From NCBI RefSeq assembly GCF_000372725.1, contig NW_005202427.1, forward strand, positions 310,001 through 374,000: a stretch of DNA of 64,000 nt, in the 5' to 3' direction. This stretch comes from Emiliania huxleyi CCMP1516 (taxonomy: Eukaryota). The translations under genes and the position numbers were made by a program. Of this stretch, positions 56,782 through 64,000 are shown piece after piece (position 1 is the stretch's first letter; every line of letters starts with the position of its first letter). A model generated the notes under the pieces. That model did not search any database, was not told the DNA's origin, and saw nothing but the letters and a program-made list of their open reading frames with translations.

Positions 56782-59251
56782 CGAGCCAGGTCACTGCCAC
56801 ACCTACGGGCAGCACGCCTCGGCGTTAGCATCGCGACGACCGGCACACTCTCTCGTGTCCTCGGCGCTAGGACTGGAGCCGGGCAGCGATTGGCAAGCGA
56901 GCGGGCTGCGTCGCTCTCTCGCCGGAAAAGAGTGGGGGCAATCGGGCGGGTTCGCTCGGTGTAAGGGTGGAGAACGAGCGGCAGCGGCCGCGTCTCGCGG
57001 CTCCTCGATGGCAGCAGCCTCGCCTGCGAACGGGAGGCGGCAGGCATTGTGAGGCCGAGATTTGGGGAAGCCGCTCGGGCGACAGCGAAGCGCATCGCAT
57101 GGTGGGAGCGGAGAGGGAGCGGCGGGTTGCGTGAGCAGGAGGCGTCGCGCCGCTCGGGCGTGCAGCTCCCCGCGGCCATATGTGCGTCGATGCGACGGGG
57201 CCAGCGCGAGCGGAACGGGAAAGGCGAGGGTTGGGCCTTGTGTGTGGTTGTCCAGCAAAGGGGGGGTGAGTGATGGCAAAGGGGGGGTTGAGTGGGCGAA
57301 AGGTTGCGGGACTAGTTTACCTCGGCTACTCCACATGACCCAAGCATCTGCACCGTGAGGTGTGATACATTGGCGCGTAAAGGATCAGTCTGCCAACAAT
57401 ATACCTAAAATAAAAAAAGTCTGGAGTCGCGTGCCTCCACAAGCCGATTAATTGAAAGCCTGCCAGAGGCGTGGCTAATCATCCTCCGAGACGCCGTTCT
57501 CAATCGCCCTCGCCCAATAGATTGGCAGGAATGCGTGCGAACGAGCGACCTGCCTGGGAATGCATGGACATGCATGAATGATAACGGGCAGGGCAGGCGA
57601 TGGGTCGCACCCACACAAGGTGAGGCACCGGTCTTCGAATGGATGGAAACTGGAGAGCTCAGGGCAACAATGCAAGATGAGACCGGAGCGCCGAGCCTCG
57701 CAACGGTGAGGGAAAGAGGCGCGGGCGGATGGTGCGAAGTGGAGGTATGGGAGGACGGTGGACAATCCTCTGCGAGCGTCACACGCGAGGAGTGGGGGCC
57801 GGAGTCGCGCCGTATTTTGCGGGTATACCTGGAAAACCCCGGGTATGCACTTGGAGTATACCTGTAAAATACCCCGAGGTATTTTGCCGGTTTCCTCGGT
57901 TTCGCCTCAGATTTTGCCCCAGACCAGCTCTCAGACTCAGTCAGTCACAGGGAAACTCGCGAGTTTCCCGAGGGAAACTCGAGAGAAACAGAATGGAGCA
58001 CCAAACACCCTCTGTTTTCCCTGGAAATTTCCGGAAACGCAAAGTGCTGGGGACCCTCTGTTTTCCTTTTTGTTTGCAAAAGTATATACACGCCAATCTG
58101 TCTCTGTCAGGATGGAGCGCTGTAGAGCTCTAGCTAGAGCTCTACATGCGTCCGGCGCGTGACTGTAGAGGTGAGCGCGATTTTGCTGTATTTGTAGAGG
58201 CTGAGATCCGCATCGCCCAGGTCTCAATCAATTCGCATGTCATCCCAGCATGGGTCTGCTGTGGATGGAGTGTGTATTCCAGGTTGTACTGAGATGCAAT
58301 AAAACATTCCAGGGATGCGATGAATGGAATGAGATCGGAGTCAAGATGGAGTCGGTTACGCGGGGAATAGGAGTCGGTTATGGTTTCTGCGGAGCGGGAG
58401 TGTGCGCAGCTCTGTCCCCCGGTCATTCCAGGTGTCACTCCAGCTCCAATGCAGAGAGTCGCCGACGCGACGCAGGTCACGGCGGACCCAACCCAGCCCC
58501 GCGCCAACTACAGCTCCCCCCCGGCATCGCACCCACAAGGGCCGCCCCTCGCGCTTTGGCCGCGCTTTGCCTTTCAAGGCCGACCCGACGCAAGTCCCCA
58601 GGGCTCTCGGGCTGGCCGGTCTGTTTTGAAGGCGCCGCTTGGGCAGGCCAAACGGCGCCGCGACCCAAACGGCCGCTGCGACGTCGTGCCTGAGGAGGAG
58701 GAGGCCGGCGAGGGCGACGAGCTGGACCTCCAGTCCTTCCTGGAGGGAGTTTCGGAAGACGACCCGGAACTCCTCCGCATCATGCCCTCTTTCACCATGC
58801 CCTCTTTCGGCGCGCTGCGCACGGTCGAAGATGCCGACCGCGCCCGAGCTGCGGCCTCTTCTGACAGCGCGCTCGATCTGCTCTGACCTGTGCGCGAGCC
58901 CAGCGAGGCACGCTTTCAGGCACGTGGGCGCTGCTTGCACGGGGCGTCGCCCGCCGCGCCCCCGCCGCATCTCCCCTTTCCCGTTCGCTCTTCTTCTCCT
59001 CCCTGTCTGGTCAGCACTAAGCGGGTCCGCACACAGCCGAGACTCCGGAGTGCGCTGTGCGGGGATCGCTCTGCCGTGCGGAGATCCGCGCCACATGTGC
59101 AGGCGCAGCTCCAGGGGCGCAGCATGAGCATCTCGCCCCCACACCCCAGCACGTGCTCTTGCGTGCGTACGGCTGTAGTGCGTCTCTCATGAACAATAGA
59201 GTAACTACAACTTGACAAAAAGAAGATATGTGCGGGGTCGGCTGATGTACG

Positions 59252-59794
59252 CAGTGCTCAAACTTTACCGGTATGGGAGTTTTTGGCTCATCAAACCGCC
59301 AAGGCCTGCACTAATCAAAAAGTGGTACGGGATACCAGTTGCCTCACGGAAATCAAAGCGAGTCGGAGTGCCTTCTTGGTGGCAAAATCGGCAAAATCGG
59401 CAAAATACCGGGGCATTTTGCGGGTAGCCTGCCGACGCGCCACGGGCCGGCGCCCGTGTGCCTCGCCGCCGCGTCCGGCGACGGCATCGATGCTGTCTGC
59501 CCGAGCGTGACTCGCAACTCCACGATTTGCGGTCCACCGACAAATTTGGCTGCCCCCATCAAAGTTGACTTCTCTCCTTAGATACACATACATACCTGGA
59601 AAAACCCGGGTATACACCCGGGTAATACCCGCGCACTTTTGCATGGTTTCACGCGCCCCCGGGACCACACCGACAGCCGCTACAACTAATGAAAACCCCG
59701 CATACCACTTTCGCATACCACTATACCATACCACTCCAAAGCTAATCAAAATATCGCCAAATACCGGTCTCATACCGGTAAAGTTTGAGCACTG
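59252..59794. mobile_element. MITE with 24-bp perfect TIRs (CAGTG start, hAT-like)
   Basis: CAGTGCTCAAACTTTACCGGTATG / CATACCGGTAAAGTTTGAGCACTG; subterminal (C)ATACC repeats; no TSD seen. Confidence 0.85.
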
Positions 59795-59827
59795 CGCCAC
59801 ACGCGACCGTCGCACTCGTGTCCCCCC

Positions 59828-61799
59828 TCACCACTCGTACCCTGCGTGCATGCTGAAGCTGGTCTCGTCGAGAGAGAGGTGGCCCGTGTCGCCGAGGGAG
59901 ATCATCGAGACGGAACCCGTCGGGCGGATCTTGAGGTGCGTGAGGGAGCAGTTGTAGGTGCAGAGCCGCAGCCACGCCTCGGGCGGCAGCTGCAGCGCGC
60001 GCAGCGCCATGTAGCGGATCACGTTGCCGTGGCACACGACGATGTCGTACTCGTGCTGCGACACGCGCGGCGGCTTGCTCGCGCGGGGGCTGAGCTTGCC
60101 GGGGGCGGTCGCGGCGCCGGCGGCGCCGTCGGAGGCCGCCTCCGCAGCGCCGTCGCCCCGCCCGCCGCCAGCGCCGTCGTCGGGGGGGTAGGGCGGCCTG
60201 CCCCGGTAGACGAGGGCCCGATAAGCGGCCTCCATGCGCGCGCCCTCGACGTGCACCTCGCGCGCACCGTCCGCCAGCGCGCCCTTGGAGTACGGGATGC
60301 GGTGCGCGGGCGGGTACCCCTCGGCCAAGTTCGGGTCCGGCGCGAGCCTGCGGGAGGTTCCGAGAAGGTTCCGAGAAGGTTCCGAGAAGGTTCCGAGGAG
60401 GGGTCCCCCTCGGCCAAGTTCGGGTCCGGCGCGAGCCTGCGCACCCTCCCGGCGGGCAGCTCTGCGGCGATGAGGTCCGCGGTCTCCTTGGCGCGGGTCA
60501 GGGTGCCTAGAAGGTGACAACAACGCTCCCTCGCACGACACTGGGCACGGGACTGGCGCGCACTGGCTCTAACAAGAAGCAGACTACGCCAACCTCAGGG
60601 CGGGGAGACGGACTCGTGCGGAGTAGGTGGCCATGCATACGGCGGTGTGCAGAGTACTAGTGGTGCATCTACCAATCTCGGGGCGGCCTACGTGCCAATA
60701 CGCCAACCTCGGGGCACGAATACGGTGTTGTGCAGCGTCTTCAGAGCACCGCGAGAATACAACGGAGAAGAGTACAGTGGATACAGCGGAAGACGGGTGA
60801 ACACAGCTGAATGCGCGTCCTCTCGGGCGCTAGTTCGGATACCTGAATACGTGTGTCCGCTTCTAGGTCAGCGTGCTCACGTGGAGCCGCACGTGCGCCT
60901 CGCGCCCCTCCTCCTGCAGCGCGCCGCGGAGCATCTCCGCAATCCGCCGGCCGGTGGCGGTGGCCTGCTGCCTGCCGAGCGGCGTGAGGGTCTGCTCGGC
61001 GTCGAGGCGCGGGAAGGCCTCGTCGAGCGGCATGCCAAAGTCGCGGTCGGGCACGCCTACAGGAAGGCACCAGGAAGGGTCTAGGAAAGGTCCGAGAAGC
61101 GGCATGCCAAAGTCGCGGTCGGGCACGCCGGCAGGGCGGGAGAGAGCGCGCGAGAGCGGCCTCTGCTCGTCGTACTGGCCGTGCCGCACGAGGATGATGT
61201 GGCGGGTGGGCGCGCCTGGGGCGGCAGCGGTGGTGGCCATGCGGGTGACGGCGAGGCGAGGCGGGGGCGAGAGGGAGACGGGGAGGAGCGAGGGAGGAGA
61301 CGGAGGATGAAGAGAGCGCAGCCGAGAGAGCGGCCGTGGCACCTCCGTACGCGTGCTCGAGGTACGCGCGCCGGTAGAGCGCAGGCAGCTCCGCCTCGGG
61401 CGTCCGCTCCAGCAGCCGCTCCACGCGCTCGCTCGACCTGTTGGTGTGCTCGGCGTAGAGCGATCGCACGGCGTCGGCATAGTCGGCGATGGGCCAGGCG
61501 TGGCGGAGCGCGCGAGCCACCTCGCGGTCCGACGGCTCGCAGTAGTCCCAGTTCCGGTCCCACGCCGGGTACGGCCTCGCCGGCAGGAAGCGCTGCTCCT
61601 CATACTCGGCGGGCAGGTCCTGGAAGCGGATGTCATCGTCCGCCTCGCACGACGCGGCGCGCTGGAGCGCGACCGTGCCGGCGGCGGCGGCGATAGCCGC
61701 GGCGGCGGCGGCGGCGGCGGGTGCGGACGCGGCGGAGGAGCGAGAGAGGGTGGAGTGGCGTCGCGATGCCGCTCGCACTGTCGCCCTCGCAAACAACAT
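59828..61799 (-). CDS. PGAM5: PGAM5 mitochondrial Ser/Thr protein phosphatase; 5 exons
   Basis: Mitochondrial-type presequence; WDRNWD, HIILVRHGQY, LTPLGRQQA, STLTRAKETA, LAEG, IVVCHGNVIRY, ALQLPPEAWLR and GDTGHL. Introns 61216-61342, 61057-61128, 60507-60876 and 60348-60436. Confidence 0.92.
60507..60866. mobile_element. Intron-forming insertion (introner-like) with CTAGAAG TIRs and ~10-bp TSD
   Basis: Ends CTAGAAG (60507-60513) and CTTCTAG (60860-60866); flanks GTCAGGGTGC and GTCAGCGTGC. Confidence 0.65.
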
Positions 61800-61896
61800 G
61801 ATGTGCCGAACGGGGCGCTATGAAGAATTCTCGCGTTGCACCCGACCCACCCGAGGTTTCTCAGCTTCGGCCGGCGCCCCAGGTAAGCCGGGATAG

Positions 61897-62053
61897 TATA
61901 TATTAAATGAACTCGGGGGCACAGGACGCGGTACAAACGGGGTACACCAAAAGGCACGGGCTGCCTGCACGGCGTTCACTCGAACGCCATGCACATGGCG
62001 CGGAGCAGCATCGGGTTGGTGTCGAACCCGAGCGGGTCCTCCTCCCAGTCCCG
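61897..62053 (-). mobile_element. ~155-bp SINE-like element, copy 2, with 11-bp TSD
   Basis: AGCCGGGATAG at 61886-61896 and 62054-62064; AT-rich tail. Confidence 0.85.
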
Positions 62054-62207
62054 AGCCGGGATAGAATTTTGAGGTTAAATGATTTTTCCTGGAGCTTAAG
62101 AAAGAAAGAAAACAGCGTCTAAAACTCAAAAAAAAACGCTCACACAGATGCCGGTTCGAGGAACTCTCCGCATCGCTCGCCCGGACCGCACCTGTTCCTC
62201 GAGCGCG

Positions 62208-64000
62208 ATGTCGACCCTGATCGCGCTCATCTGCGTCGCTCCGGCGGCAGCCTTCCGCACGGGCGTGTGGCATCACCCTCCCGACGCGTCAACTTCCTCC
62301 TCTCTTTTTCCTCGGGCCGCGACCGCGGCGATGCAGCTCCCGGGGATGGCGCAGGCGGCCACCGCCGCTGCCACGGTGGTGCAGGAGGTGGCCGGCTCGG
62401 TTCAGGACGTCGAGGCGCCCGACGCGGACGACAGCTTCGTCGCCATCGACGAGAGCCGCACCGGCCTGGTCGACGAGGAGGGCCTTCCGCTGGTGTATGA
62501 CAAGGAGGCGATCCAAAAGTACTGGGAGGGGCAGGGCGGCGCGCTGCAGTCGCGCTGGGCGGAGTTTCTGTCGGTGAGCGTTCCCTTCCTCACGCGCGTG
62601 GCGGCGCTCCTCGTCTCGGGCGGCACCGACGCGCTGAACGACTCGGCCTCGGAGCTCGCACGCGACGCCCGAGAGCGGATCCAAAAGTTGGGGCCGACGT
62701 ACGTCAAGATGGGACAGATGATGTCGGTGCGGCCCGACATCCTGCCTCAGGCGGCGCTCGACGAGCTCACCATCCTGCAAGACGGCGTCGAGGGCTTCCC
62801 CGCTGACGTGGCGCGCGAGATGGTCGAGGAGGAGCTTGGCGCCCCGATCGACGAGTTGTTTTCCGACTTCTCGGCCGAGCCGGCGGCGGCGGCCTCGCTG
62901 GCGCAGGTCTTCCGGGCGACGCTCCGCTCGAGCGGCGAGCCCGGCGGCGGTCGACTCGCTCCCCTCGGCTGGAGCCCTCACCGTCGTCGAAGATTGCCCA
63001 CAGGCGAGGCTGTGGCGGTCAAGGTGCAGCGGCCGGGAGTCCAGTCCCTCGTCTCCAAAGACCTGTACGTGCTGCGGCGGGCGGCGGAGGTCTACCAGGG
63101 GCTGGCGAGCCGCCGCTGCCCGCGCCCTCCGCGGTCCGCGCCCAGCGCCAGGGCCGCGCGCGTGTCCCGCGTGTAGGTCGAGCGTTTCGCGCCGCAGCAG
63201 CGCACCGACTACGTCGGCTTGCTCAACGAGTGGGCAGTCGGCTTCTACACGGAGCTGGACTTCAAGAACGAGGCGAGTCGTTCACTCTTTCACTGCAACA
63301 TGCGGTCCTTCTCCGCCTCCGTCTCCTCCTTTTCCTCCGCCGCCGTCTCCTCCGCCGCCGTCTCCTCCTCCTCCCTCTCCACCTCCTCCTTCTCCGCCTC
63401 CTCCGTCTCCGCCTAGCAGCGCGCCGGCAGGCGGCGGGAGAGCTTGGGGCGCGTGTCTCAGGCCGGTGCCGCGCGCCGCGTAGGCGGCGAACATGCAGAC
63501 GATGGCGCGCGGCCTCGCCGAGGCGGGCGTCACCGACGTGGCGGTGCCGCGCGTGTACGAGGCGCTGACGACGCGGCGCGTGCTCGTGAGCGAGTGGATC
63601 GACGGGCGGAAGCTGTCCGAGTGCTCGACCGAGGAGGTCCGCGAGCTCGTCGCCATCGGTCAGGAGTGCTTCCTCGTGCAGCTGCTGCAGACAGGCCCCA
63701 CTCCCTCGCCTCCGCCGCCGGCCCCCGGCAGGGCGCGCCTCGGGCGTCTCGCGGAGCGGCTTCTTTGACCCTTCTCTAGGCTTCTTCCACTCGGACCCGC
63801 ACCCGGGTAACCTGATGCGGCCGCACGACCAGAGCCGTGCGCGGTGCGACTTTCCCCCCTCACCCGCCTGGCCCGCGCCCCGCCCTCTAGCCCAGCGAGG
63901 CCCGAGCGACGCGCACGCCCGCCGAGGAGAAGGAGAAGGCTGTTGCGCGGCGCGACCCGCCCCCCTGCGTGCCTGCCGGCGGGCGCAGGCTCGTGCTGAT
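62208..64000 (+). CDS. ABC1K: ABC1/UbiB atypical protein kinase (plastid ABC1K-like); runs off the window end
   Basis: LGPTYVKMGQMMSVRPDIL, AAASLAQVFRA, VAVKVQRPG, ELDFKNE, LVSEWIDGRKL and GFFHSDPHPGNL across GC-AG introns; signal peptide ending AAA-F. Confidence 0.92.

Noticed and set aside
57400..59130. ORFs 57535-57867 and 58380-58886 as genes
   Set aside because: No recognisable motifs and interleaved with repeats; cannot be supported.
63305..63415. Pro/Ser-rich coding repeat inside ABC1K
   Set aside because: It lies in an intron between ELDFKNE and AANMQTM; it is a pyrimidine microsatellite.

Overview
A GC-rich eukaryotic nuclear window with short introns that often use GC donors (GC-AG) and two 100-N assembly gaps. 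The style, plastid-targeted proteins and GC donors suggest a haptophyte alga such as Emiliania/Gephyrocapsa huxleyi (inference). About 18 host genes can be supported: an alpha/beta hydrolase, phospholipase B-like, tocopherol cyclase-like, a Cys-rich membrane protein, a hotdog thioesterase, a zinc-finger protein, a PARP-zinc-finger/HMG-box protein, a plastid protein, a very large multi-pass PI-phospholipase C, EBP/EXPERA, LOG, a ShK-like/Pro-rich membrane protein, a Pro-rich Hint-domain protein, a glycosyltransferase-like protein, PAM68, a type I PRTase, a BspA-type LRR protein, PGAM5 and a partial ABC1 kinase. Between them lie LINE and Helitron remnants, MITEs, a SINE-like element, Ngaro/DIRS-like repeats and satellites. 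The strongest unusual signal is a set of introns whose 5' end copies the start of the next exon, so the duplication itself supplies the GC donor. Three are in PGAM5, one of them with terminal inverted repeats and a target-site duplication, and more occur in the Hint and PLC genes; this looks like recent intron gain. Next are the transmembrane-fused PI-PLC and the Hint-domain protein. Exon structures were inferred by eye and no searches were run.
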